Origin: Candidatus Chlorohelix allophototropha
GTDB taxonomy: Bacteria > Chloroflexota > Chloroflexia > Chloroheliales > Chloroheliaceae
Direction of reading: 5' to 3'
Assembly: GCF_030389965.1 (NCBI RefSeq)
Contig: NZ_CP128399.1
Coordinates: 1,508,934-1,540,933 of the forward strand
Length of the DNA stretch: 32,000 nt
In this document: one piece after another, positions 17,669-26,399 of the stretch
How the letters are laid out: every line of letters begins with the position of its first letter
How positions within the stretch are numbered: the first letter of the stretch is position 1
Notes under the pieces: generated by a model
Database searches by the model: none
The model's input: only the letters and a program-made list of their open reading frames with translations
What the model was told of the DNA's origin: nothing
Translations under genes and position numbers: made by a program

Positions 17669-17885
17669 ATATAACTCCGTTTTGGAACAATTCAGATATA
17701 TATAAATTATTACACCTTTATATTTTACACTTTTATTCAATGGTTGGAAACGAATAAAAATTCACCTTGTATGAAAATGTTTAAAAAATACAATTAAAAT
17801 TAGAACGGCGGTTTTTACAACCTTGCCGCACTTGTGTTGAAGTGTTACCATACGGGCAATGATTAGCGATTTGAAAGGTGGATTT

Positions 17886-19268
17886 ATGACCCAGGCTTCT
17901 TTCTTCGGCGAGGAGACACCCGAACATAAAAATGACTTGCCGCAGGATGCGGCTATGCCCTTGGCAGCCCAGATGCGCCCGATGGATTTTGACCAGTTTG
18001 TAGGTCAAAAACACCTGACCGAGCCGGATGCCGCGCTGCGCCGCGCCGTGGAAAACGACCGCTTTGGTTCAATCATCCTGTGGGGTCCTCCCGGTGTAGG
18101 CAAAACCACGCTGGCGGAGATTATCGCCCGCCGCACCCACGCCCATTTTACCCGCGTAAGTGCCACCAGCGCGGGGGTTGCCGATCTCCGCAAGGTAGTT
18201 GAGGAAGCGCGCCAACGTCGCAAAGCCTACAAGCAGAAAACTATCCTTTTTATTGACGAGATTCACCGCTTTAACAAGGCACAGCAGGACGCGATTCTGC
18301 CGGTGGTAGAAAACGGTACCATTACCCTGATCGGTGCGACCACCGAAAACCCCTCTTTTGAAGTGAACGCCGCTTTGCTTTCTCGCGCCCGCGTCTTTAC
18401 GATGTATGCCTTGACTGATGAGGAAATCAAACTGGTATTGCATCGGGCTATAGCCGATCCCGAACGTGGGTTGGGCAAACTGAATATTAAACTGACTCCC
18501 GAAGTGGAAGAAAACATTGCCAATTATGCCAACGGGGATGCGCGTTCGGCGTTGAATATTCTTGAACTGGCAGTTTCTATTGTTATGAAGAATGAAACCG
18601 ATCAGATTTTAATCGACCTACCTTTGCTGGAAAGCGCGGTTCAACGGCGCGCTCTGCTGTATGACAAGGGTGGCGAGCAGCATTATGATTTGATTTCGGC
18701 GCTGCACAAAACCATTCGGGGCAGTGACCCAGATGCCGCGCTTTATTGGCTTGCCCGAATGTTGGAGAGCGGGGAAGACCCCCTTTTTATCGTGCGGCGG
18801 TTGGTGCGGGCTGCCAGCGAGGATGTGGGTATGGCTGACCCGCAAGCGTTGGTGGTGGCAATGTCGGCACAGCAGGCGGTACATTTCATCGGGATGCCCG
18901 AAGGGGCATTGGCGTTGGCGCAATGCGTGGTATATCTCGCTACCGCTCCCAAGAGCAACCGATTGTACGGGGCTTATAAGCAAGTTCAGGCAGATGTGCT
19001 GCTTTCCCGCAATGAGCCTGTGCCACTACACCTACGCAATGCTCCCACTCAGCTAATGAAAGATTTAGGCTACGGTGAGGGTTATCGCTATGCGCATGAT
19101 CATGAAAGCGGTTTTGTGTACCAGCAAAACCTCCCCGATGCGCTAGAAGGTCGCCGTTATTACGAGCCGACCGCTCACGGCTTTGAAATTACCATCGGTG
19201 ATCGCCTCGCTTACTGGCGTAAAATTGGTGAAGAGGAAAGAGAGAAGCGCAAAGGCAGCAAAGCTTAG
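17886..19268 (+). CDS. rarA: replication-associated recombination protein A (AAA+ ATPase RarA/MgsA)
   Basis: Walker A is GPPGVGKTTLA and Walker B is LFIDEIHRFNKAQQD. The C-terminal MgsA signature is PLHLRNAPTQLMKDLGYGEGYRYAHD. ATG 17886 follows AAAGGTGGA. ATG 17859 is an alternative start. Confidence 0.9.
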   Translation: MTQASFFGEETPEHKNDLPQDAAMPLAAQMRPMDFDQFVGQKHLTEPDAALRRAVENDRFGSIILWGPPGVGKTTLAEIIARRTHAHFTRVSATSAGVADLRKVVEEARQRRKAYKQKTILFIDEIHRFNKAQQDAILPVVENGTITLIGATTENPSFEVNAALLSRARVFTMYALTDEEIKLVLHRAIADPERGLGKLNIKLTPEVEENIANYANGDARSALNILELAVSIVMKNETDQILIDLPLLESAVQRRALLYDKGGEQHYDLISALHKTIRGSDPDAALYWLARMLESGEDPLFIVRRLVRAASEDVGMADPQALVVAMSAQQAVHFIGMPEGALALAQCVVYLATAPKSNRLYGAYKQVQADVLLSRNEPVPLHLRNAPTQLMKDLGYGEGYRYAHDHESGFVYQQNLPDALEGRRYYEPTAHGFEITIGDRLAYWRKIGEEEREKRKGSKA

Positions 19269-19293
19269 TCCGGTTTTTCAGCTATTACAAGGG

Positions 19294-19638
19294 CTAACCA
19301 TCTAACGCTTCATCCATTTCTTTGATGAGCTTTTGAAAGTTTGAAAGATCGGCGGTAGTTAACTGATGGTTGGTGGTAAGTTTTATCTCCTCTTGTCGCA
19401 CTACTTCAAACGTGTAATCTCCTTTATGTGCTGTTTTCTGCTCTGGATTACTGGCATAGGTGCGTGTGCAGCGCATATACCCCCCCGCGTCTACTAGAAA
19501 TACAGCTATATTTTTTCCGTGAGAGCGGCGAGCTTGCAAGATATTTGGTTCTTGCTCATCGTTAATAATGTCAAAACCGGCGTGCTCAAGCTCTTTTATC
19601 AGTATCGGGCGAGCGGTTGTTAAGTCAAAATCTGCCAT
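19294..19638 (-). CDS. hypothetical 114-aa cytoplasmic protein
   Basis: It is the last gene of a three-gene minus-strand cluster, 24 nt downstream of the PLD gene. A GGAG-type sequence (AAAGGAGTTGAGG) lies upstream of the ATG. I do not recognise a family. Confidence 0.5.
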   Translation of the reverse strand: MADFDLTTARPILIKELEHAGFDIINDEQEPNILQARRSHGKNIAVFLVDAGGYMRCTRTYASNPEQKTAHKGDYTFEVVRQEEIKLTTNHQLTTADLSNFQKLIKEMDEALDG

Positions 19639-19662
19639 TCCTCAACTCCTTTAATTGTTTAT

Positions 19663-20694
19663 TCAGGAAAGAGCGGTACCGCTTGCCCAATCTTTTTCAA
19701 ATGTCGCGCTCACGTTCTTTATGATATTCGTATCAGTAAGGATAATGCCCAATTCCCGATTGCTATCTAACGATCCGGTTGAAACATTTTCAGAACCGAT
19801 AAATAATTGGGCATTATCCACCAGATAAATTTTAGCGTGCATATATGGCTTGCTGATAAGCCTGACCTGTCCACCGCCATCCTTGATTTGCTTTTCCCCG
19901 GCGTAGCTCTTGTCGGTTTGCCCGTTTACCTGCGGGGCTGCTACCAGCACCAGCACCTGCACTTTGTTCTTCACTGCGTTGACCAGATGCTGCTGGATTT
20001 TTGGGTCTTGTATTTCTTCCTGCTGCATCGCGATAGAGCTTTTGGCGCTGTCTATTAATGCCAGAATCTTTTGACGACTGTTGCTGTTGCTCCATACCAA
20101 TGACGAGTTGGCAGGTGGAACAAAACCGGTGCGATTCCAATCCGCGTTAAAACAATCTAGCACTTCTTTAACTTCACTTTGGTTAGTGGTAATGATGCCG
20201 TATTCGCGGTTGTTTTTAAACGCAGAACTGGTCATGTTCAGAGTCATGATAAAAGCGGCTTTACCGTCTACCACAAACGATTTTTCATGCGAATAGATAA
20301 ACACAGGGTTAGTCCACTTTACCTGAATACCGGCAGCCTGCAATGCTTTGAAAGCCGAGTCGTTTCCGGTGCCGCCCCCATAAGGATGCTGTTCCAGCAT
20401 AACTCGCACTTTCACACTCGGTCTTTTTGCAGCCTGTATCAGATGATTGATTATATCCTGAGATATAAGCAGGTACATTTTCAAGTCGATGCTGCTTTGT
20501 GCAGTGTCGAGCGCGTTGAGAATCACCTTTTCGCCGTCATCGGGTTCAGTAAACAACGTGTGTGTGGCTATTTTGGTATTGGAGGCGGTATCCAAAGTGG
20601 CAAGTCTTTGTTTTGAGGGAATAACATTCCTGCCAAAACCGGGCATACTTAATATAGGTGCAAGCAACATTGCCAGCAAGGTGTTTTTGAACAT
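19663..20694 (-). CDS. secreted phospholipase D-family phosphodiesterase (two HKD motifs)
   Basis: The signal-like N-terminus is MFKNTLLAMLLAPILSMPGFG. HKD motif 1 is HEKSFVVDG. HKD motif 2 is HAKIYLVDNAQLFIGSENVS. Confidence 0.85.
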   Translation of the reverse strand: MFKNTLLAMLLAPILSMPGFGRNVIPSKQRLATLDTASNTKIATHTLFTEPDDGEKVILNALDTAQSSIDLKMYLLISQDIINHLIQAAKRPSVKVRVMLEQHPYGGGTGNDSAFKALQAAGIQVKWTNPVFIYSHEKSFVVDGKAAFIMTLNMTSSAFKNNREYGIITTNQSEVKEVLDCFNADWNRTGFVPPANSSLVWSNSNSRQKILALIDSAKSSIAMQQEEIQDPKIQQHLVNAVKNKVQVLVLVAAPQVNGQTDKSYAGEKQIKDGGGQVRLISKPYMHAKIYLVDNAQLFIGSENVSTGSLDSNRELGIILTDTNIIKNVSATFEKDWASGTALS

Positions 20695-20715
20695 ATTTAT
20701 GTTAAATCCTTACTA

Positions 20716-21516
20716 CTAAAGACAACTATTGGCTTTGTTTGACCACTCAAGTTGGACGGTATAATCTCCCAGTTTTTTGGTTTTCCAGGCGCAAATATCC
20801 CCGATCTCACCGTGAGTATCGTCGTACCAGCCCTGCCCCGGTACTGGATCGGTAATTGCTTCGCATAGTTCGTGCGAACTGGTAGAGGTGAGAGCATCAA
20901 GAGTAGCAAGGCTTCCGGTGCAGCCGGTACAATTTGGATAGGGCATTACAGCGTAGAAAATCTGGTTATTGATACCGTTGTGGTATCCGCAAAACGCCTG
21001 ACACGAACTTGAGCCGCCCTGTATAACTTTAACACCCGGTGGCATATAGATGAAATAAAGGGTATTAGGGTCGGGCGAAGGAAATGTTGAATTTGAAGTA
21101 ATCTGTAGTTGCAAATAATGTTGTATGGCGCTATCGGTTAGGCTGCGTTTCGTAGCGGCAGTGGGTAGAACCGCGCTGCCTACATGTTTGCCATGCCCTA
21201 TTTTGTACGCCGCTACGCTATATTCGGCTAATTGGTCGAGAAGTGGGCTGCTCAAAATATAATCGAAGAAGCCGTTGAGGTTTTGCGCCATCGCGCTACC
21301 GGCGGTAGTTTTCCAGTAGCCACCCCAATAAACGGTAAAGACTTCTACTGAAGCCAGCAGTGGTCCGTTGCGATAGGTAAGATGGGGGGGTGTAGCAGCG
21401 ATACCCGCTTCTTCTATGGGTTTGTTAACTTCTTCAGGAATATATAAGGGTACAACACGGACTGAATCTGTATGGTGAGGTAAAATATCTCGGTCATCAA
21501 GTGCTTTATGTGCCAT
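20716..21516 (-). CDS. PHI-1/EXORDIUM-like (Phi_1-type) protein, distant bacterial homologue
   Basis: By eye, four blocks parallel plant EXORDIUM as I remember it. LTYRNGPLLASVEVFTVYWGG parallels LKYHNGVLLKGNITVNLVWYGK. LYFIYMPPGVKV...CQAFCGYHN parallels VVLTAKDVTV..FCMSRCGTHG. YAVMPYPNCTGC parallels YVWVGNSETQCPGYC. SHELCEAITDPVPGQGWYDD parallels LANTVTNPFNNGYYQG. The CDS itself is solid, with AGGAG before the ATG. The family call is moderate. Confidence 0.5.
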   Translation of the reverse strand: MAHKALDDRDILPHHTDSVRVVPLYIPEEVNKPIEEAGIAATPPHLTYRNGPLLASVEVFTVYWGGYWKTTAGSAMAQNLNGFFDYILSSPLLDQLAEYSVAAYKIGHGKHVGSAVLPTAATKRSLTDSAIQHYLQLQITSNSTFPSPDPNTLYFIYMPPGVKVIQGGSSSCQAFCGYHNGINNQIFYAVMPYPNCTGCTGSLATLDALTSTSSHELCEAITDPVPGQGWYDDTHGEIGDICAWKTKKLGDYTVQLEWSNKANSCL

Positions 21517-21561
21517 ATTTCGCTCCTGTAATACTAATAAGCGCTAATAGGTCTTTTAGTA

Positions 21562-21570
21562 AGTATAGCA
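21562..21570 (-). promoter_or_regulatory. candidate extended -10 promoter element of the EXORDIUM-like/PLD operon
   Basis: The minus strand reads TGCTATACT (TGn plus 5/6 of TATAAT) in an AT-rich spacer. It sits about 45 nt upstream of ATG 21516. Confidence 0.3.
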
Positions 21571-21616
21571 CATAATGTAGAAATATTAATATAAGATTAA
21601 TAAGGAAATTTGAGAA

Positions 21617-22123
21617 TTACTCTGGCTTTTTTGTTTTCAGGCTAAAAGGTTTTAGGCTGGTAACGCGCTTTACCTCGTAGGTAACTGAAGAAAGAGAAAT
21701 AAAGATTTCCCGCAAAGTAAGGGATACGCCGTAAATCACCGCGCAGATACCACCCAAAAAGACCAGCAATGCCAACGTAGCCAGCCATCCCTCATTTATG
21801 AAAAGTGCCAGCGCAATCACAAACATATCTCCGAGGAATATTACCATCGCGCTATAAACCCCGAAAACCGCATCATGACCGAGTTTGTGGCGCTGTAACA
21901 CTCTCGGTATTTGCTCGTCTATTTCGGCGATGCGTTCGATAGCGAATCCATCAGAATCAGGGGTACGCAACAATTCGAGCCGTTCGTGGGTCATGCTTCG
22001 CAAACGCTCGTTGATGGTGGCAAATCGGGTGAGCAATCCGTTCAGAATCACGGCGCAAGCGGTAACCATTACCACCGGGGCAATTATTAGTTGGATTGTG
22101 TTTATTACCGTCTGGGTGTTCAT
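21617..22123 (-). CDS. DUF2721-type membrane protein
   Basis: I prefer ATG 22123, which overlaps the upstream stop as ATGA. The track starts at 22228, inside the upstream gene. IQLIIAPVVMVTACAVILNGLLTRFATINERLRSM plus two C-terminal TM helices fit the DUF2721 architecture. Confidence 0.6.
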   Translation of the reverse strand: MNTQTVINTIQLIIAPVVMVTACAVILNGLLTRFATINERLRSMTHERLELLRTPDSDGFAIERIAEIDEQIPRVLQRHKLGHDAVFGVYSAMVIFLGDMFVIALALFINEGWLATLALLVFLGGICAVIYGVSLTLREIFISLSSVTYEVKRVTSLKPFSLKTKKPE

Positions 22124-22647
22124 GGTTTCATAAAGTTGTTCCAGTAAGGTTGCAAGTAATTTTTTTCGCGCATTTCGGATAGGTCGCGCTCTAGCAGTTG
22201 GGCGGGGGATAGGTTGGCGAATTTGCATGCACGCCCTACCAATGCCAATGCCTGCCTGATTCCGCTACTATCTCTCGAAACTGTCTGCTCGAACAGCAAG
22301 GCTAACTCCTCTGCCGGAAGTGTAGGCGCGTCAAAGCCTTCTAGCAAGGCAATATCCGGTTCTACTTCGCCATAACTGATTCCGCTCGATACTGCGTAAC
22401 ACACTGCCCAGTAGAATACCTCGTAGCCTTCCAGCACTACATCTTGCGGGAAGCCTTCATGCACATGTGTTCCTAGAACTACCCCTTTGAGTTCTTCCAA
22501 TTCTTCCAGCATACGCGCATGCTGCTTGTCTGAATTTCCGGCACGTATGCGTTTGCTCGTTCCGCTCTGTTCCGAAAAGTCGTTATCTCTCAAAAATTCG
22601 TAAACGCCCCAAGCAGCGCGACACATTTCCGCCAGATTATTTAGCAC
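22120..22647 (-). CDS. all-alpha NTP pyrophosphohydrolase (MazG/HisE superfamily); candidate phosphoribosyl-ATP pyrophosphatase
   Basis: HARMLEELEELKG ... VVLEGYEVFYWAVCYAVSSGISYGEV resembles the EExxE ... E/D-x-x-hYW helix pair of HisE/MazG. For comparison, mycobacterial HisE reads LLEEAGEV ... [24 protein letters not shown]. At 175 aa it is longer than canonical HisE. It lies in the his cluster downstream of a HisI that has no fused HisE domain. Confidence 0.45.
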   Translation of the reverse strand: MLNNLAEMCRAAWGVYEFLRDNDFSEQSGTSKRIRAGNSDKQHARMLEELEELKGVVLGTHVHEGFPQDVVLEGYEVFYWAVCYAVSSGISYGEVEPDIALLEGFDAPTLPAEELALLFEQTVSRDSSGIRQALALVGRACKFANLSPAQLLERDLSEMREKNYLQPYWNNFMKP

Positions 22648-22713
22648 GACATATCCCCAATAATTATTAAATGGATTAACACAGATAGGCAGCAGATTAG
22701 TTGGATAAGAGTT

Positions 22714-23343
22714 TTAACTACTGATGGCTGTCCCGGTGATAAAAGGAAATATTGTCACTCGCATCACGCGCGAGGGACTAAAACCATTAGTGCGAAAGCC
22801 CGCCTTTTCGATAGCGGCATAGGTATCTCGGTTTAGGTGGCAACCCACCGCGCACACTTTCCAGAGCGGGGTGATGATGGTTTGTAGCCCTACTGAAATC
22901 CGCCCTTCCGCCCGCACGTGCTCAAAGAAACGCAGCTCTCCGCCCGGTTTCAGCACCCGCCGCACTTCCGCTAGGCTCTTTGCTAAATCGCCCACACTAC
23001 ACAGCACTAGCGTAGTTACCACATAATCAAACGAAGCGTTAGGGAAAGGCAAATTCTCTGCCCCTACTTGCAAGTATTCGAGCGGTAGGCGGTAGCGCCC
23101 GGTTTTCTGGCTCAGCTTTTGCAACATAAACTCGTCCGGTTCGGTCAGTACCAACTTCTGCAACAATTTCGGTTGGTAGTAGGGCAGGTTTGCACCTGTG
23201 CCTGCGCCCAACTCCAGTACAGTGCCACTAACCGTCTCTACCACTTTGCGTCGCTGCTCTTGGAAATATTTATTCTCTGCGCCTTCTAACGAACGGTCGT
23301 AAAGATGTGCCACTAGGGCGCGATATTTAGCGGATAGTTTCAT
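22714..23343 (-). CDS. class I SAM-dependent methyltransferase (Methyltransf_11-like)
   Basis: ATG 23343 overlaps the hisI stop as ATGA, whereas the track start 23406 lies inside hisI. VLELGAGTGANL is motif I. LKPGGELRFFEH is the post-motif II/III region. Confidence 0.8.
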   Translation of the reverse strand: MKLSAKYRALVAHLYDRSLEGAENKYFQEQRRKVVETVSGTVLELGAGTGANLPYYQPKLLQKLVLTEPDEFMLQKLSQKTGRYRLPLEYLQVGAENLPFPNASFDYVVTTLVLCSVGDLAKSLAEVRRVLKPGGELRFFEHVRAEGRISVGLQTIITPLWKVCAVGCHLNRDTYAAIEKAGFRTNGFSPSRVMRVTIFPFITGTAISS

Positions 23344-23726
23344 ATTATTTGAGGCGGCTTCCAATCCGCGCGGCGATAATAGCAGCTTTTGTGTCCGGTG
23401 TGACAAGCGATTCCGCCCGCCAGATTCACTTTCAGCAAGAGGCTGTTTTCCTCACAATTGATAAAGAACTCCTGCACCAGCAGAAATTGTCCGCTGGTTT
23501 CGCCCTTGAGCCACAGGGTATGGCGGCTGCGACTCCAGAAATGCGCTTTTCCGGTTTGCAACGTGCGCTCGAAAGCCTCGCGGTTCATAAAAGCTACTAG
23601 CAGCACTTCGCCACTGTCCGCTTCTTGCACAATCGCCGGAATGAGATTCTGCCCGTCCCCTCCAAAATCGAGGCTAACCGTTTCTGTTCCTTCCGCACTC
23701 AGTGTTTCCAACGCTATTTTGCTCAT
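23340..23726 (-). CDS. hisI: phosphoribosyl-AMP cyclohydrolase (monofunctional HisI)
   Basis: LIPAIVQEADSGEVLLVAFMNREAFERTLQTGKAHFWSRSRHTLWLKGETSG ... CHTGHKSCYY is canonical HisI. At 128 aa it carries no HisE domain. Confidence 0.9.
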   Translation of the reverse strand: MSKIALETLSAEGTETVSLDFGGDGQNLIPAIVQEADSGEVLLVAFMNREAFERTLQTGKAHFWSRSRHTLWLKGETSGQFLLVQEFFINCEENSLLLKVNLAGGIACHTGHKSCYYRRADWKPPQII

Positions 23727-24127
23727 TTTTGCTCTTGTTCTTTGATACTGCCCCGAATCAGGAATTCAACCAACAGTACCGGGGGAATCATGTAACCAAT
23801 CCGGCGTGAGGTGGGCTGAATAAAAACGCCCTTGCCGAACATGTGCATAGCAAAATCGCTCATTTCGGCGAGCATGCGGATTAGAATCCCCTGCTTTAAT
23901 CTTTGCGAATCCTTTGCTCGCACGATGAAACTGCCGATAATTACCTCCCGCAATGCCAGTATCCGCACCAGAACCAAACCGGAACGTTTTTTTGTATCTA
24001 CCCCTAGCAAAGAGCCAAGTTGACGCGGCCATGCCTGCAATAACCCGCCCAGTATCAGGAAGCCCCAGCCCATCAAGCGGGGAAGTATTTTTATAAATTG
24101 TGAAATCAAACGGTGATAGCCTTTCAA
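23723..24127 (-). CDS. hypothetical small membrane protein embedded between hisF and hisI
   Basis: The 134-aa protein has hydrophobic segments (MGWGFLILGGLLQAW, LVLVRILALREVIIGSFIV, IGYMIPPVLLVEFLI). Its stop overlaps the hisI ATG as ATGA. The start is uncertain: TTG 24127 or ATG 24073. Confidence 0.45.
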   Translation of the reverse strand: MKGYHRLISQFIKILPRLMGWGFLILGGLLQAWPRQLGSLLGVDTKKRSGLVLVRILALREVIIGSFIVRAKDSQRLKQGILIRMLAEMSDFAMHMFGKGVFIQPTSRRIGYMIPPVLLVEFLIRGSIKEQEQK

Positions 24128-24177
24128 TATTGTGTGCTTGAGTTGGTACGTATTATCGGTTTACAAGGGGCTTTCTT

Positions 24178-24936
24178 TCACAATCTCATCGGCAAGCCCT
24201 TGTCGTGTAGGTACTCTTTAGCCTGCCGTATGGAGTATTCACCGTAATGAAAGATACTTGCCGCTAGTACTGCATCGGCTTTGCCCTGCTCTACAGCTTC
24301 ATACAGGTGTTGCAGGTTGCCTGCCCCACCGCTGGCAATTACCGGCACGCTTACACTTTCCGAAATAGCGCGGGTGAGCGGAAGGTCGTAGCCGTTTTTA
24401 GTGCCGTCCGCATCCATGCTGGTAAGCAGAATTTCGCCTGCGCCTAGTTCCACCCCGCGTTTTGCCCATTCTATCGCGTCAAGTCCGGTAGGGGTGCGTC
24501 CGCCATGTAGGAACACTTCCCAACCGCCATGTTCACGCTTCTTGGCATCAATTGCCAGTACGATACATTGGCTGCCGAAGTGGTTTGCCCCTTCCGCGAT
24601 AAGCGCCGGATTTTGCACTGCCGCTGTATTGACTGAAACCTTATCCGCGCCCGCGTCCAGCATTCGCAGCATATCGTTAAGGGTGCGGATACCCCCGCCG
24701 ATGGTGAAAGGGATAAAAACCTGCGAGGCAGTATGCCGCACCATTTCTACTACTGTCTCGCGCCCGTCGCTGCTGGCGGTAATGTCGAGGAACACCAGTT
24801 CATCCGCGCCTTCTGCGTCATAGAAAGCCGCCAGTTCTACCGCGTCACCGGCATCGCGCAAGTTCACAAAGTTAGTGCCTTTTACCACGCGCCCCTCTTT
24901 TACATCGAGGCAGGGAATAATACGTTTGGTCAGCAA
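24178..24936 (-). CDS. hisF: imidazole glycerol phosphate synthase, cyclase subunit
   Basis: [20 protein letters not shown]...[12 protein letters not shown]...ASGGAG is canonical HisF. The start is TTG, with an AGAGG Shine-Dalgarno sequence upstream. Confidence 0.95.
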   Translation of the reverse strand: MLTKRIIPCLDVKEGRVVKGTNFVNLRDAGDAVELAAFYDAEGADELVFLDITASSDGRETVVEMVRHTASQVFIPFTIGGGIRTLNDMLRMLDAGADKVSVNTAAVQNPALIAEGANHFGSQCIVLAIDAKKREHGGWEVFLHGGRTPTGLDAIEWAKRGVELGAGEILLTSMDADGTKNGYDLPLTRAISESVSVPVIASGGAGNLQHLYEAVEQGKADAVLAASIFHYGEYSIRQAKEYLHDKGLPMRL

Positions 24937-24953
24937 GATAAATACCTCTGGTT

Positions 24954-25655
24954 TTACAAAATTTCAGACAGTTTCAGGTCATTGGTGTAGAGCGCCTTGC
25001 CGATGATGACCCCTTCCGCGCCGGTCTCGCGCAGTTTCGCTATATGCTCGGCTTTGGCTACTCCACCACTGGCAATAACCGGCTTTTGCGCCGCTGCCAT
25101 AAAATCGCGCAATGCCTCATAATTCGGTTCGGTCAACGTACCATCGCGGCTGATGTCGGTATAGATAAAACGGGCTGCGCCACGCCGCGCCATTTCAGTT
25201 GCCAGCAGGGTTGCCGCTACATCTGAAGTTTCAGTCCAACCTTCCACTGCTACCAGACCGTTGCGCGCGTCAATGCCGATCACGATGCGTTCACCCCATC
25301 GTCTGCACAATCGCTCTGCTAGTTCGGTATTGCGCAGGGCTACAGTACCCAACACCACCCGCTCAACGCCTGCGCCTAACACTTCTTCCACGATTGCTTC
25401 ATCGCGGATACCGCCACCCAATTCCACCGGCAAACCGCTTGCTGCAATTATGCGCTCCACTATCGGCAGATTGACGGGCTTGCCCGCTTTTGCACCGTCC
25501 AAATCTACCAGATGCAGGTATTGTGCGCCCTGTTCGCGCCACTGTACCGCCACTTCCACCGGGTCATCGTTGAATACTGTTACTTGACTATAATCGCCTT
25601 GATACAAGCGTACACACTTGCCATCCTTTAAATCTATTGCGGGAATTATTAACAT
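24954..25655 (-). CDS. hisA: ProFAR isomerase (HisA)
   Basis: [22 protein letters not shown]...[15 protein letters not shown]...ASGGV is canonical HisA. The start overlaps the 3' end of hisH by 7 nt. Confidence 0.95.
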   Translation of the reverse strand: MLIIPAIDLKDGKCVRLYQGDYSQVTVFNDDPVEVAVQWREQGAQYLHLVDLDGAKAGKPVNLPIVERIIAASGLPVELGGGIRDEAIVEEVLGAGVERVVLGTVALRNTELAERLCRRWGERIVIGIDARNGLVAVEGWTETSDVAATLLATEMARRGAARFIYTDISRDGTLTEPNYEALRDFMAAAQKPVIASGGVAKAEHIAKLRETGAEGVIIGKALYTNDLKLSEIL

Positions 25656-26296
25656 TGGGCTGCATACCTCAAAAAGTTAGAATAGAGTTGTAAACCAACC
25701 GGACCGCTTTTTTCCGGGTGAAACTGCACGCCAAACCAGTTGTCCTGTCCTGCTGCGCTGCAAAAGTTTACCCCATAATCGGTGATTGCCATGGTGTAAG
25801 GGCTATCCACCCCTCCGTTTGGGTCACAGTAATAGCTGTGAACAAAGTAGAAATAGCTACCGTCCGGCACATTCTCCCACAGCGGCGAGGGGCGAATTTG
25901 TTGCACCCGGTTCCAGCCGATTTGCGGAATTTTCAGTCCGCTTGATTCAGGAAAACGCCGCACCTCGCCCGGTAGCACGTTCAAACCCGCCGTATCGTTT
26001 TCTTCCATATGGGTAAACATTAGCTGAAAGCCGACGCACACTCCCAGAAAAGGGCGACCGCTGGCAACCCGCTCTTTTACCACATTATCTAGATGCGTAG
26101 AGAGCAAATTGCCCATGCATTGCCCCGCTGCACCTTGTCCCGGAAAGACTACTGCCGCTGCCTCGCGGATGTAGTTCGCGTCGCCTGTAATATCAACCGC
26201 CGCGTCCTCGAACCCTGCTAATTGCGCCGCTCGCTGCAAGGCGCGTTGTACGCTGCGCACGTTCCCCGAATTGTAATCAATTATTGCGATTTTCAT
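25649..26296 (-). CDS. hisH: imidazole glycerol phosphate synthase, glutamine amidotransferase subunit
   Basis: MKIAIIDYNSGNVRSV, GVCVGFQLMF (nucleophile Cys) and FHPEKSG are canonical HisH motifs. Confidence 0.95.
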   Translation of the reverse strand: MKIAIIDYNSGNVRSVQRALQRAAQLAGFEDAAVDITGDANYIREAAAVVFPGQGAAGQCMGNLLSTHLDNVVKERVASGRPFLGVCVGFQLMFTHMEENDTAGLNVLPGEVRRFPESSGLKIPQIGWNRVQQIRPSPLWENVPDGSYFYFVHSYYCDPNGGVDSPYTMAITDYGVNFCSAAGQDNWFGVQFHPEKSGPVGLQLYSNFLRYAAQC

Positions 26297-26336
26297 CTGT
26301 GATCATTTTCTATTTAATTATGCTTTTCGCTTCAGG

Positions 26337-26356
26337 CAAGGGGCTTAAGCCCCTTG
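26337..26356. other. perfect palindromic stem-loop between ridA and hisH
   Basis: CAAGGGGC-TTAA-GCCCCTTG forms a perfect 8-bp GC-rich stem. It can extend by two pairs (GG/TC, including a G-T wobble). No clear T-tract follows on either strand. Confidence 0.5.
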
Positions 26357-26399
26357 TCTCTATGCTAGGTTCTTTCTGTTCCAAGCGAAAGTCCTGTTA

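Noticed and set aside
19663-20694. Reading the PLD-family protein as a Nuc/BfiI-like defence nuclease.
   Set aside because: It has a hydrophobic signal-like N-terminus and two HKD motifs in one chain. This architecture is typical of secreted or periplasmic phospholipase/cardiolipin-synthase-like enzymes. A cytoplasmic DNA-targeting role is unlikely.
22714-23343. Reading the his-linked SAM methyltransferase as an EgtD-like histidine N-methyltransferase (ergothioneine/hercynine pathway).
   Set aside because: Its motifs are those of generic Methyltransf_11/UbiE-like enzymes, not the EgtD family. No EgtB/EgtC-like genes are nearby. I kept it only as an open question under the his-cluster finding.
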